In this document: piece after piece, positions 1 through 8,535 of the stretch
How the letters are laid out: every line of letters starts with the position of its first letter
How positions within the stretch are numbered: position 1 is the stretch's first letter
Origin: Dehalococcoides sp. JdFR-54
GTDB taxonomy: Bacteria > Chloroflexota > Dehalococcoidia > JdFR-54
Assembly (NCBI GenBank): GCA_002011475.1
Contig: MTNP01000037.1
Coordinates: 77,246-141,245, forward strand
Reading direction: 5' to 3'
Length of the DNA: 64,000 nt
Made by a program: the position numbers and the translations under genes
Notes under the pieces: generated by a model
Database searches by the model: none
What the model was told of the DNA's origin: nothing
Seen by the model: the letters and a program-made list of their open reading frames with translations, nothing else

Positions 1-674
1 ATGTCGCCGGCACCTTCCACGTCCTAGAGGCGGCTCGGTTAATGGGTGTTGAGAGCGTGCTCTTCCCCATTACCATTGCCACCTACGGCCCGGGGGTGCC
101 CCCCGAGGTGAACGAGGATGCCCCGCAACTGCCGCCTAATATGTACGGCACCACCAAGGTCTGTGGCGAGCGGCTGGGGGAATACTATCATCGGAGGTTC
201 GGGGTCAACTTCCGCGCCGTCAGGTTTCCGCCCATCATGGGGCCGGGGCGCAAGGGGGCTGCCCCCAGCGCCTATAGCTGTTACGTCATTGAGGAGCCGG
301 CCCTGGGCCGTCCCTATACAGTCTATGTGGACAAGGAGGCCCGAATACCGCTGCTTTATGTTGAGGACGCAGTGCACTGCCTCATCGCCTTGAAAAATAG
401 CCATGAGAACAGGTTGAAGAGGCGGATCTACAATATCCATGGCTTCTCGCCCACGGCCCAGGAGCTGGCCAATGCGGTGCGAAAGCACATCCCGGAGGCC
501 AAAATAGGCTTCGACCCTGACCCTGCCACCATGGCCATCATCAATAACTGGCCCAGGCGATTGGATGACGCCCGGGCCCGGGAGGAGTGGGGGTGGAGCC
601 CCCGCTACACTCTGGACGAGGCCGTCGCGGACTTCGTCGCCGCCGTTCGAGCCAACCCGGCGATGTACCAATAG
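1..674 (+). CDS. NAD-dependent epimerase/dehydratase family protein (L-threonine 3-dehydrogenase-like), C-terminal fragment; 5' end lies outside the window
   Basis: Frame open from position 3. The translation (...YGTTKVCGERLGEYY...IYNIHGFSPT...) matches the SDR/epimerase C-terminal region. The ORF track gives 42..674 in the same frame. Confidence 0.6.
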   Translation, partial: VAGTFHVLEAARLMGVESVLFPITIATYGPGVPPEVNEDAPQLPPNMYGTTKVCGERLGEYYHRRFGVNFRAVRFPPIMGPGRKGAAPSAYSCYVIEEPALGRPYTVYVDKEARIPLLYVEDAVHCLIALKNSHENRLKRRIYNIHGFSPTAQELANAVRKHIPEAKIGFDPDPATMAIINNWPRRLDDARAREEWGWSPRYTLDEAVADFVAAVRANPAMYQ

Positions 675-685
675 GCGGGCTGTCG

Positions 686-976
686 CTACCAGTCGCTCAG
701 CTCCACCTGGGTGACCCCCGCACCCCCATGGTAGCGGTCGGCGGCGCTGTAGCCCTTGACCAGGGGATGGCTGGAGAGGCAGCGCCTCACCTCCCGCCGC
801 AATGCCCCGGTGCCCTTGCCATGTATCACCCACACCCGGCGCAACCCGGCCCTGAAGGCGGCATCCAGATAGCTCTCCAGCGCCACCAAGGCCTCATCGA
901 CGGTGAGGCGGTGCAGGTCCAGCTCCTCGTCCACTGGCCTCATCTCGGGATTCGATTTACTGCGCGGCCTGCCCAT
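686..976 (-). CDS. Smr domain-containing protein
   Basis: 96 aa with DLHRLTVDEAL...VWVIHGKGTGALRREV, typical of the Smr (MutS2 C-terminal-like) domain. Confidence 0.55.
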   Translation of the reverse strand: MGRPRSKSNPEMRPVDEELDLHRLTVDEALVALESYLDAAFRAGLRRVWVIHGKGTGALRREVRRCLSSHPLVKGYSAADRYHGGAGVTQVELSDW

Positions 977-1073
977 CTCCTGCGTGGTGGCTATTATATC
1001 ACGAAATTCGTTTCCCCAGGGCAGGCTTGCCGCAATAGGGGTGGATTTCCAGTTGTGCTATAATGGGGCTACT

Positions 1074-2219
1074 ATGAGGGAGGCCAAGACCGTATCAGGG
1101 CAGAGCCCCGTCTATCGCCGTATCGTGGCCAAGTTCGGCACCAATGTGCTCACCCGAGGCAGCGACCGGCTCGACCTGGAGGTGATGGGCTCCCTGGTGG
1201 GCCAGGTGGCCCGTCTCCATGGCCAGGGCCTGGAGCTAATTGTGGTCTCCTCGGGGGCCATCGCCGCCGGTCGGCACAAGCTGGGCCTGTTCAAGGAGCG
1301 CCGCGGCATCCCCTTTAAGCAGGTGTTGGCCTCGGTGGGGCAGAGCCGCCTGATGCAGGCCTATGAGCAGCTCTTCGCCTGGCATGGCATCACTGTAGCC
1401 CAGGCCCTGCTCACCAAGGCCGACCTCTCTGACCGGGCCGGCTACCTCAACGCCCGCAACACCCTCCTCGCCCTCCTGGAGCTAGGGGTGATCTGCATCG
1501 TCAACGAGAACGATGTGGTGGCCACCGAGGAGATCGAGGAGGCCCGCTTCGGCGATAACGATAACCTCTCGGCCATGGTGGCCAATCTGGTGGATGCCGA
1601 CCTCCTGGTCATCCTCACCGATACCCAGGGGTTGTATACTGCTGACCCCAACCGCGACCCCCAGGCCCGGCTCATCCCCCGGGTGGAGCGCATCGATGAG
1701 GAAATAGAGAGGCTGGCCGTGGAGGGCACCAGCCGCCGGGGGGTCGGGGGTATGACCACCAAGATCGAGGCGGCCAGGCTGGCCACTGCCTCCGGGGTGG
1801 CGGTGGTCATCGCCTGCGGTTTCGAGCCCGAGGTGCTGCCCCGGCTGGCCAGGGGGGAGTCCCTGGGAACCCTGTTTGTGCCCGCCACCAGCAAGCTGGA
1901 GAGCCGGCAGCGCTGGATGTTGAGCGGGCTATCCACCAGGGGGAAGCTGGTGGTGGATGCCGGGGCGGCCCACGCGCTGAGGAAGCAGAATAAGAGCCTG
2001 CTCCCTGCCGGGGTCAAGGGGGTGGAGGGCCTGTTCGAGAGGGGCGAGGTGGTGAATATCTATGACGCCTCTGGCCAGAGGATCGCCTGCGGCATCGCCA
2101 ATTATGGCTCCCAGGACATCGCCCGGATAAAGGGGGCCCGCTCCGACCGGATAGCTGATCTCCTGGGCTATGAGTATGGGGCTGAGGTGGTGCACCGGAA
2201 TAACCTGGTGGTTCTTTAA
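1074..2219 (+). CDS. proB: glutamate 5-kinase (with C-terminal PUA domain)
   Basis: ATG at 1074 inside the 903..2219 ORF. The translation has the amino-acid kinase fold motifs (VVKFGT, IVVSSGAIAAG, ENDVVATEEI) and a PUA-like C-terminus. It lies adjacent to proA. Confidence 0.9.
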   Translation: MREAKTVSGQSPVYRRIVAKFGTNVLTRGSDRLDLEVMGSLVGQVARLHGQGLELIVVSSGAIAAGRHKLGLFKERRGIPFKQVLASVGQSRLMQAYEQLFAWHGITVAQALLTKADLSDRAGYLNARNTLLALLELGVICIVNENDVVATEEIEEARFGDNDNLSAMVANLVDADLLVILTDTQGLYTADPNRDPQARLIPRVERIDEEIERLAVEGTSRRGVGGMTTKIEAARLATASGVAVVIACGFEPEVLPRLARGESLGTLFVPATSKLESRQRWMLSGLSTRGKLVVDAGAAHALRKQNKSLLPAGVKGVEGLFERGEVVNIYDASGQRIACGIANYGSQDIARIKGARSDRIADLLGYEYGAEVVHRNNLVVL

Positions 2220-2278
2220 GAGGCAAGCCATGGCCCTCTTTTGACCTGGGGGGCCGTTCTCCCTTGCTTCGGGTGTTT

Positions 2279-2335
2279 AAGAGGGGCGAAGCCCCTCTTT
2301 CGATAAAGTTCCCCCTCTCCTGGAAGGAGAGGGGG
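2279..2335 (+). promoter_or_regulatory. two perfect GC-rich hairpins in the proB-proA spacer (aagaggggc-gaa-gcccctctt; ccccctctcc-tggaa-ggagaggggg)
   Basis: Read directly from the sequence. The second hairpin ends 20 nt upstream of the proA GTG start. Confidence 0.3.
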
Positions 2336-2354
2336 ATAAAGGGGGTGAGGTCGA

Positions 2355-3629
2355 GTGTTGGCTGCCAGCGCTGAACTGGAGCAGAAGGCCAAGGCTGCCA
2401 AGGCGGCGGCCCGCCGGATGGCCTATCTGTCCACGGAGATAAAGAACCAGGCCCTGCACAACATCGCCGAAAACCTTGTAAGTCGTCAGGACGAGATCCT
2501 AGAGGCCAATAAAGTCGACTGCCAGGAGGGCGAAAAAGCCGGGCTCAGCCCGGCCATGCTCGACCGGCTCCTGCTCAACCCGGAGCGCCTAGCGGGCATG
2601 GCCTCGGATGTGCGCGCCGTGGCCGCCCTCCCCGACCCGGTGGGCGAGGTCTTCGATATGCGCACCTTGCCCAACGGCCTCGTCCTGGGTCGCAAGCGGG
2701 TGCCCCTGGGGGTCATCGCCTCCATCTACGAGAGCCGCCCCAATGTCACCGTGGACATCTCTGTGCTGTGCCTTAAGGCGGGGAACGCCGTTATCCTGAG
2801 GGGTGGCCGCGAGGCCATTAACTCCAACAAGGCCCTGGCCAAGGTGGTGCAGGACGCTGTCTATAGCGCTGGCGTGCCCCAGGGGGCGGTGCAGCTCATC
2901 GAGTCCACGGAGCACGCCCTGGTGGACGAGATGCTCCAGATGAGGGACTATATCGACCTGCTGGTGCCCCGGGGCGGCGCCGGCCTCATCAATATGGTGA
3001 AGGAGAGGGCCCTGATGCCAGTGGTGGCCGGTGGGGTGGGGGTGTGCCATACCTATGTAGATGCTGCCGCCGACCTGGCCAAGGCGGTGTCCATCGTCTA
3101 CAACGCCAAGGTGCAGCGCCCCACGGTATGCAATGCCCTGGACACCATTCTGGTTCACTCCGCGGTGGCCCGGCCCTTTCTGGCGGCGGCCGCCCCGGAG
3201 CTGGCCAGGGCCGGGGTGGAGCTGCACTGCGACCAGCGCTCGCTGGCCATACTCGAGGATATGTCTGGCCTCAATATCAAGCCCGCCACCGAGGAGGACT
3301 GGGGCAAGGAGTTCCTGGCCCTCATCGCCGCCGTCAGGGTGGTGGACTCCCTGGACGAGGCCCTGGCCCATATCGAGCGCTACGGCTCGGGCCATTCCGA
3401 GGCCATCGTCACCGAGGACTACTCGGCGGGGATGCGCTTCCTCAATGAGGTGGACGCTGCCTGCGTATATGTCAACGCCAGCACCCGCTTCACCGATGGC
3501 GGTCAGTTCGGGCTTGGGGCGGAGGTGGGCATCAGCACCCAGAAGTTCCATGCTCGTGGCCCCTTGGGTTTGCGGGAGCTCACCAGCTATAAGTGGATAA
3601 TCATGGGCAGCGGGCAAGTGCGGGGGTGA
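2355..3629 (+). CDS. proA: gamma-glutamyl phosphate reductase
   Basis: GTG start. 424 aa with aldehyde-dehydrogenase-like ProA motifs and the C-terminus LTSYKWIIMGSGQVRG. Sits in the proB-proA operon context. Confidence 0.9.
   Translation: MLAASAELEQKAKAAKAAARRMAYLSTEIKNQALHNIAENLVSRQDEILEANKVDCQEGEKAGLSPAMLDRLLLNPERLAGMASDVRAVAALPDPVGEVFDMRTLPNGLVLGRKRVPLGVIASIYESRPNVTVDISVLCLKAGNAVILRGGREAINSNKALAKVVQDAVYSAGVPQGAVQLIESTEHALVDEMLQMRDYIDLLVPRGGAGLINMVKERALMPVVAGGVGVCHTYVDAAADLAKAVSIVYNAKVQRPTVCNALDTILVHSAVARPFLAAAAPELARAGVELHCDQRSLAILEDMSGLNIKPATEEDWGKEFLALIAAVRVVDSLDEALAHIERYGSGHSEAIVTEDYSAGMRFLNEVDAACVYVNASTRFTDGGQFGLGAEVGISTQKFHARGPLGLRELTSYKWIIMGSGQVRG
3567..3627. repeat. copy 1 of a ~60-bp direct repeat (native 3' end of proA); candidate att site
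   Basis: ggtttgcgggagctcaccagcta[t/c]aagtggataatcatgggcagcgggca[a/g]gtgcggg recurs at 4288-4348 with 2 mismatches. Confidence 0.6.
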
Positions 3630-3655
3630 GAAGGGTCAAGTTGAGAAGTTTTCCC

Positions 3656-3684
3656 TTGACGTTGGTATACAATTTGTATACACT
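3656..3684 (+). promoter_or_regulatory. candidate promoter (TTGACG-17nt-TACACT) with an embedded 8-1-8 palindrome gtatacaa-t-ttgtatac (likely BrnA operator)
   Basis: Read from the sequence. It lies immediately upstream of the brnT start. Confidence 0.4.
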
Positions 3685-3702
3685 TATGGGTAGAGGGGAT
3701 GA

Positions 3703-3990
3703 TTGGTGCTTCGCATAGAGGCTCTGGAAATTGATGACCACATCCTGGAAAAGATCGAGTCGAAGCACCGAGTTTCCTTTACGGAAGTTGAGGAGGCCTG
3801 CCTCTCAGAAGGGCGGCACATCAGGAGAGGCAGGGAAGGGCTATACAAGGTCTTTAGCCAGACTGCAGCCGGACGCTACATTTTGGCGGTGTTGGTAAAC
3901 CTGGGTGGAGGCAATTGGAGGGTCGTTACCGCCAGGGAGATGACCGATAACGAAAGGCGATTGTATATCAGGGCAACTGGGGGCAAGTAA
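3703..3990 (+). CDS. brnT: BrnT-family (DUF497) ribonuclease toxin
   Basis: 95 aa, ...HRVSFTEVEEA...GRYILAVLVNLGGGNWRVVTAREMTDNERRLY, matching the DUF497/BrnT pattern. TTG/GTG start. The antitoxin gene begins 2 nt downstream. Confidence 0.6.
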   Translation: MVLRIEALEIDDHILEKIESKHRVSFTEVEEACLSEGRHIRRGREGLYKVFSQTAAGRYILAVLVNLGGGNWRVVTAREMTDNERRLYIRATGGK

Positions 3991-3991
3991 A

Positions 3992-4231
3992 ATGGCTGAT
4001 CTAGACGGAGAAATCGAGCGTATCGAGCAGGGCGATGCCTGGGATGAAGGGGATGAGGTTGTCCAGGTAGAGGTAAAGAAACCCCTGGACAAGGTGATAC
4101 CGGTGCGGCTCTCAGCAGAAAAGTGGGAGGAATTAAGAAAAGAAGCCCGGGAACTGGGCATTGGACCCACCACCCTGGCCCGCATGTGGATACTGGAGCG
4201 GTTGCGTCATAGGACGAAAGCGGGGGTCTAG
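3992..4231 (+). CDS. brnA: BrnA-family antitoxin (RHH-type)
   Basis: 79 aa. C-terminal VIPVRLSAEKWEELRKEARELGIGPTTLARMWILERL resembles BrnA. Follows brnT in the toxin-first order typical of BrnTA. Confidence 0.6.
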   Translation: MADLDGEIERIEQGDAWDEGDEVVQVEVKKPLDKVIPVRLSAEKWEELRKEARELGIGPTTLARMWILERLRHRTKAGV

Positions 4232-4284
4232 CCTCGTCAACCAGGGCCTTTGATTCAGGCATGGCTTCCCGTTGCCACGGCCCG

Positions 4285-5994
4285 CTAGGTTTGCGGGAGC
4301 TCACCAGCTACAAGTGGATAATCATGGGCAGCGGGCAGGTGCGGGGATAAGAAATTAAAGGTTAAGTTCGAATCCGGCCTGGGGAGCCAGGCTAACGGCG
4401 CAGAGCGCGGGTTACCCGCTTCTAATACCCGAGCGAATCGCCCTTGTTCGGGAGGTCTCCCGTAGAGGGCGATTTTTATTTCCTCCTCGGACAGCACCGC
4501 CTTGTGCAGCACCAGGCGCACCAGTTCTTTCTGCTGGTGGGGCTGGAGGCTGGCGAACACCCCGTCCATTTTCTCCAGGGCTGCCTTCACGGTATCCCTG
4601 CTGACGGCGTCCCTCTCGATCTCCCCGACAGCCACTTCCAGGGAGGCTATGCCTTCTTCCAACTCTCGGCGGCGCTTGGCCAGGCTATCCAGTTTTTCCT
4701 TCAAGAACGCGTCCCCTTCTGATCCTGCTATGGTCGCCCATCTCGACATTAAACCATCTGCCGTATTCTTCACCTCCGTCAACTCCCGCTGAAGGAGCGC
4801 CTTCTGCTGCAGAAGCTGGGGCATCTCCTGGTGGAGCTGCTCGTTAGTGGCAGTCACCAGTTCGGCCAAGATGTCTTCCCTCAGGGCGAGCTCTTTAAGC
4901 CGGCCCAGGATGAGGCCCTCAATCTCTCCCGCAGGCACCTTGAAGCGGCACTCACGGTTTTTGCACCTGTAGTAGTAATACTTTATGCCTTTGCTTCCGG
5001 TGCCGCATATACCCTCCATCTCGGCACCGCACTTCCCGCACCAGAGCAGGCCGCTGTTCAGGATATAGTTGTGTCTCACGGCCCTCGCCCTGTTGCCGTT
5101 GGAACGGTCATTGGCCGCCAGCAGCCTTTGCACCTGGTGGAATTTTTCCTCATCCACTATGGCGGGCCAGACCGCTTTCACCACCCTATATCTCTCAGCT
5201 TCGGGCAGCTTAGCCTGGTCCTCGCTCTTGCGTTTCTTGTTGACCTCTTTCTTCCCTATGTAGGCCATATTGGTGAGCATCCAGTGGACGCCGGAGTAGG
5301 TGAAGCGCTGAGGGGGATGGTAGATGCCCCGGCGGGAGGTGTATTCCTTCATGCGATAGCCCTTGCGGTTCAGCTCCTTGGCAGTTTCAAACACTGACCC
5401 GCACTTGAGATAGGTATCAAAGGCGAAATTGACGATGGCAGCTTCCCCTTCGTTGGGGATAAGATAGCCCTTCTTTGCCGGGTCAGTGTCATAGCCCAGC
5501 AGATGGCCGCCGTTCCAGAGTCCTCGTTCCGCTCGGGCCAGGGTAGCATCCCGGGTTCTCTCTGAGGTCTGCTCCCTTTCAAACTCGGCCAGAGCCATGA
5601 CTACAGTGATAAAGAGGCGCCCATGGGCCGAGGTGGTGTCGTAGTTCTGCTTGAGGCACACGAACTCCACATTGTGCTGGTTGAGGATTTCAAAGAAGTT
5701 GAGGAAGTCTTTGACCGACCTGCTGATACGGTCCAGGGCAGTACAGAGGACGGTGTTGACCTTGCCCAGGCGGATGTCCTCGAAGAGGCGGGCGAACTCC
5801 CGGCTGCGGAAGGAGTCTTTACCTGATACGGCCTTGAGCACATAGCGTTCGCTTTCTACCCATCTTTCCTCGCCCGTCATATTCTTGTATTCAATATGGG
5901 CGCGGAGGCGCTGAAGTTGAGTAGTTAAGGAGCCCTCCTCGTTCTTCGCCTGACGGTCGGTGCTCACCCGGATGACTAAGCCACATTTCTTCAC
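4285..5994 (-). CDS. large serine recombinase (phage integrase)
   Basis: 569 aa, GTG start. N-terminal resolvase domain (GLVIRVSTDRQ with catalytic Ser, ...LDRISRS), a recombinase domain, a Cys-rich zinc ribbon (CGKCGAEM...YYYYRCKNREC) and a coiled-coil. The last ~20 codons read through repeat copy 2. Confidence 0.85.
   Translation of the reverse strand: MKKCGLVIRVSTDRQAKNEEGSLTTQLQRLRAHIEYKNMTGEERWVESERYVLKAVSGKDSFRSREFARLFEDIRLGKVNTVLCTALDRISRSVKDFLNFFEILNQHNVEFVCLKQNYDTTSAHGRLFITVVMALAEFEREQTSERTRDATLARAERGLWNGGHLLGYDTDPAKKGYLIPNEGEAAIVNFAFDTYLKCGSVFETAKELNRKGYRMKEYTSRRGIYHPPQRFTYSGVHWMLTNMAYIGKKEVNKKRKSEDQAKLPEAERYRVVKAVWPAIVDEEKFHQVQRLLAANDRSNGNRARAVRHNYILNSGLLWCGKCGAEMEGICGTGSKGIKYYYYRCKNRECRFKVPAGEIEGLILGRLKELALREDILAELVTATNEQLHQEMPQLLQQKALLQRELTEVKNTADGLMSRWATIAGSEGDAFLKEKLDSLAKRRRELEEGIASLEVAVGEIERDAVSRDTVKAALEKMDGVFASLQPHQQKELVRLVLHKAVLSEEEIKIALYGRPPEQGRFARVLEAGNPRSAPLAWLPRPDSNLTFNFLSPHLPAAHDYPLVAGELPQT
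4288..4348. repeat. copy 2 of the proA 3'-end direct repeat; candidate att site at the prophage left end
   Basis: 58/60 identity to 3567-3627. Overlaps the 3' end of the serine recombinase ORF. Confidence 0.6.
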
Positions 5995-6266
5995 GATGGT
6001 GCCTCCCCTTCAGATTCGGCACCATTCATGCTCAAATCTGGCGAAGAGTCAAGTCTTTCCTGCTGGTCATCCGGGCGATCCAGGATGAGCCTGCTGGTGT
6101 CCTGTAGCAGCCTGGAGACTGCATCCTGGCGCCCCTTGTCCTGGCGAAGCAGCCCCTCTCTTTTCAGGTATTGAAAAAGCCCCTTGGCCAGGAGACGGGT
6201 AATGGCTTGCCGCCATTCGCTGCCTTCCGCTCCATCCTCGGTATAGGTTCTGTCCACCTTGGACAC
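5991..6266 (-). CDS. hypothetical small protein upstream of and overlapping the integrase start (possibly spurious)
   Basis: GTG start with AGGAGG 10 nt upstream. It contains the recurring promoter-like motif D, which weakens the coding interpretation. Confidence 0.3.
   Translation of the reverse strand: MSKVDRTYTEDGAEGSEWRQAITRLLAKGLFQYLKREGLLRQDKGRQDAVSRLLQDTSRLILDRPDDQQERLDSSPDLSMNGAESEGEAPS
6021..6060 (-). promoter_or_regulatory. conserved leftward promoter-like motif, copy D (upstream of the serine recombinase)
   Basis: caccattcatgctc...gaagagtcaagtctttcc. Related copies at 35684-35724, 37996-38037 and 55146-55179. Confidence 0.4.
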
Positions 6267-6374
6267 GCAGGAAAACCTCCTGCCCTATACCTACAGATTT
6301 CCTGGCTACTTTGTCGGGAGGTGCTTTTGAGACAGTTCTCCAGCTAGGGCGTCCACCACCTCGGATACAAAAAG

Positions 6375-6421
6375 TCCGTTAGCCTCCGCACCACCCCAGC
6401 TACAACCTCCGTTAGCCTCCG
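6375..6421. promoter_or_regulatory. two 14-bp direct repeats TCCGTTAGCCTCCG (6375-6388, 6408-6421) in the divergent integrase/sigma-factor intergenic region; candidate operators
   Basis: Exact repeats spaced 33 bp apart, seen in the sequence. Confidence 0.4.
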
Positions 6422-6467
6422 TTATTCCGCAGCTTTCAGGGCCCAGATAGCCTCTAAATAGGCCCCG

Positions 6468-6504
6468 TTCGGACACGCCGAAAAAAACCGGGAGTGTGTC
6501 CGAA
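6468..6504. promoter_or_regulatory. 9-bp inverted repeat TTCGGACAC...GTGTCCGAA flanking an A7 tract, overlapping the sigma-factor gene start
   Basis: Seen in the sequence. GGACACGC also occurs at 6261. Confidence 0.35.
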
Positions 6505-7064
6505 TGGGGTCAAGCTATGAAGGCGTATTTGAGGACTGGGAAGTAGCTATCGCCAGGAAGCTATCCAGCGAGTTTCTGGCAAGACATAGCTGGATCAAGG
6601 GAATCGAGCTGGACGACTTGGTGCAAGAGTGCCTGCTTCAGTGGTATTTAGCCAGGCATACCTATCAGCAACGCAAGGGGGCCTCACCACAGACATATAT
6701 GGCGAAGGTCGTCAGACACAGGCTGCACAACATCCTTGAGGAGCACCTTGCCGAGAAGCGGAGAGCTGACCGAATGGCTACATCGTTGGAAGCCTCGGTA
6801 GGGGAAGGCGAGGCAACGCTAAAGGAAGTCATCCCCATAGCAGGAGTAGGTGTCGAGGCTACCACCTCTTTACGCCTCGACCTGGAACAGGCGATGGAAA
6901 AGCTAACCCCGCTCCAGAGAAAGCTATGCACTCTCTTGTGGCAGGGCTATGGGGTAACGGAAATCGGCGCCATTCTAAACAGGCCCAGACCCACCATCTA
7001 CGACGAGATGAAAAGGATAAGGAGGGTCTTCGCTGACGCCGGGCTGGATGAGTACCTGGCATAG
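6504..7064 (+). CDS. sigma-70 family (ECF-like) RNA polymerase sigma factor
   Basis: 186 aa. A region-2-like segment (ELDDLVQECLLQWYLA) and a region-4 HTH (LTPLQRKLCTLLWQGYGVTEIGAILNRPRPTIYDEMKRIRR). Confidence 0.65.
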   Translation: MGSSYEGVFEDWEVAIARKLSSEFLARHSWIKGIELDDLVQECLLQWYLARHTYQQRKGASPQTYMAKVVRHRLHNILEEHLAEKRRADRMATSLEASVGEGEATLKEVIPIAGVGVEATTSLRLDLEQAMEKLTPLQRKLCTLLWQGYGVTEIGAILNRPRPTIYDEMKRIRRVFADAGLDEYLA

Positions 7065-7170
7065 CCCGACGTTTCGCAGGGATTTTCTGTAGGTATAGGC
7101 AGACGAGGCAAAGGGCAGACAAAGCCGACACTTTGGGGAGTTTCTCTGTAGGTATAGGTAGGAGCCAGGG

Positions 7171-7476
7171 ATGAAGGCTGTATGCAAGTTCACCTTCCCG
7201 AAGGACACTGCCAGGGAGCTGGTTGAGGCAGCTATCGCCTCAGCCATCTTTAACGCTGAGTGCGTCTTTGGCAAACCCAGGGTCAGGGTTAGTGGCGCTG
7301 CCTATTACCTGGCGGAGGACAGCCCCCAGTGTGTCATCGACGTAAGCACTGAGGTAGGAGAGCACATCGCCCAGGTGTTCACCGGAATCATGATTAACAC
7401 CCTGGGCGAGGAGAAGTTCCAGGTGCGCAGGATCGAGGGAGCGGTTAGCCCCGTGGCAGAGAAATCCAGGAGTTAA
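7171..7476 (+). CDS. hypothetical protein
   Basis: 101-aa ORF within the phage early region. Confidence 0.4.
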   Translation: MKAVCKFTFPKDTARELVEAAIASAIFNAECVFGKPRVRVSGAAYYLAEDSPQCVIDVSTEVGEHIAQVFTGIMINTLGEEKFQVRRIEGAVSPVAEKSRS

Positions 7477-7486
7477 GGAGGCACGG

Positions 7487-8521
7487 ATGGACACAATCAG
7501 GACCTTTGATCACGTGGTGGCTGAGGCACAGCGGAGAACCATTGAACTCAACCCGGTGGACAGGTGGTCTTCCCTGGACCGCTTTGAGTTCTTGCCCACC
7601 GAAGGAGAACGAAGGCTGGCCTACCTGAAGCCCCTGGAAGGCACGTCACCAGGATTACCTCCACTCCAGCTCAGCGAGCATGCCCTGAGGCAGCTAATGG
7701 CCCGGGTCGACTATCCCATCAAGCTACTGGACCGCCTGCCCGCAAAGCTTAGCCACCTCTCCGTCAACTGGCTTCTTCAGCACTACTTGGGCGAACGGGA
7801 GGCCTTAATCCGCACCGTGAGAGGCAACATCGCCAGGGCAGTGCTGGGCTCCCGCTACACGCCTCTTGATGATGTAGAGATTCTCACCCTGGCCGCCCCT
7901 TACATGGACGGGGCATTGGTCAGGTGGGAGGCCTTCGGCGAGCTGGGCACCCATATCTCAGTGTCATGGCCCGCCGAGGCTGAGGACGGCCTGGAGCGTG
8001 GAGTCCATATCGCCAATAGCGAGGTAGGAGTTCGCTCCGTCACTATCCAAGCGATCCTCTACCGAGCAGCATGCGGCAATATCCTGCCTGCTCTCGGTAG
8101 AGGCGACGGCGACGACATATATCGCAGGCGTTCTCCCTTCAGCCGGAACCGGGCCCAGCTCGGCACCGTGGCTGGCGGCTGGAGGTTCATCCACACCGGA
8201 GACAAGGACCGCCTGGCTGCTTTCGTGAGGGACGCCATTGAGGACACCAGGCGGCAGTACGATACCCTCCTCGCCCGCTACCGGGCCGGGTTGGAGAAAG
8301 AGATAGACGCTATCGGCGCCATCGAGGAGCTGAGCAAAGAAGGAGACCTCACCAGGGAGCAGATGAAGCGCACCCTGGAGGCCTTTGCCCAGGAATACAG
8401 CCCCACAGTCACCGGGGTGGCCAATGCCTTCACCCGGGCGGCTCGATATGAGGAAGACCCAGAGGAGCGCTACTACATGCAGAACCTGGGCACGGCGGCC
8501 CTGCATGTCTACTTGAACTGA
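7487..8521 (+). CDS. DUF932-like phage/plasmid-associated protein
   Basis: 344 aa. Weak resemblance to the DUF932 family (...IANSEVGVRSVTIQAILYRAACGNIL...). Confidence 0.4.
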   Translation: MDTIRTFDHVVAEAQRRTIELNPVDRWSSLDRFEFLPTEGERRLAYLKPLEGTSPGLPPLQLSEHALRQLMARVDYPIKLLDRLPAKLSHLSVNWLLQHYLGEREALIRTVRGNIARAVLGSRYTPLDDVEILTLAAPYMDGALVRWEAFGELGTHISVSWPAEAEDGLERGVHIANSEVGVRSVTIQAILYRAACGNILPALGRGDGDDIYRRRSPFSRNRAQLGTVAGGWRFIHTGDKDRLAAFVRDAIEDTRRQYDTLLARYRAGLEKEIDAIGAIEELSKEGDLTREQMKRTLEAFAQEYSPTVTGVANAFTRAARYEEDPEERYYMQNLGTAALHVYLN

Positions 8522-8535
8522 ACCAGGAGCAGGAG

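Larger units (their letters stand above)
3630..4287. mobile_element. small lower-GC cassette (BrnTA) bounded by the duplicated proA 3' end; probable remnant of an earlier integrative element
   Basis: Flanked by direct repeats. GC is lower than the flanks. It encodes only an addiction module. Confidence 0.4.

Noticed and set aside
5991-6266. Small ORF upstream of the serine recombinase as a recombination directionality factor
   Set aside because: It has a good RBS, but the conserved promoter-like motif D lies inside it, so it may be non-coding. Kept only as a low-confidence feature.
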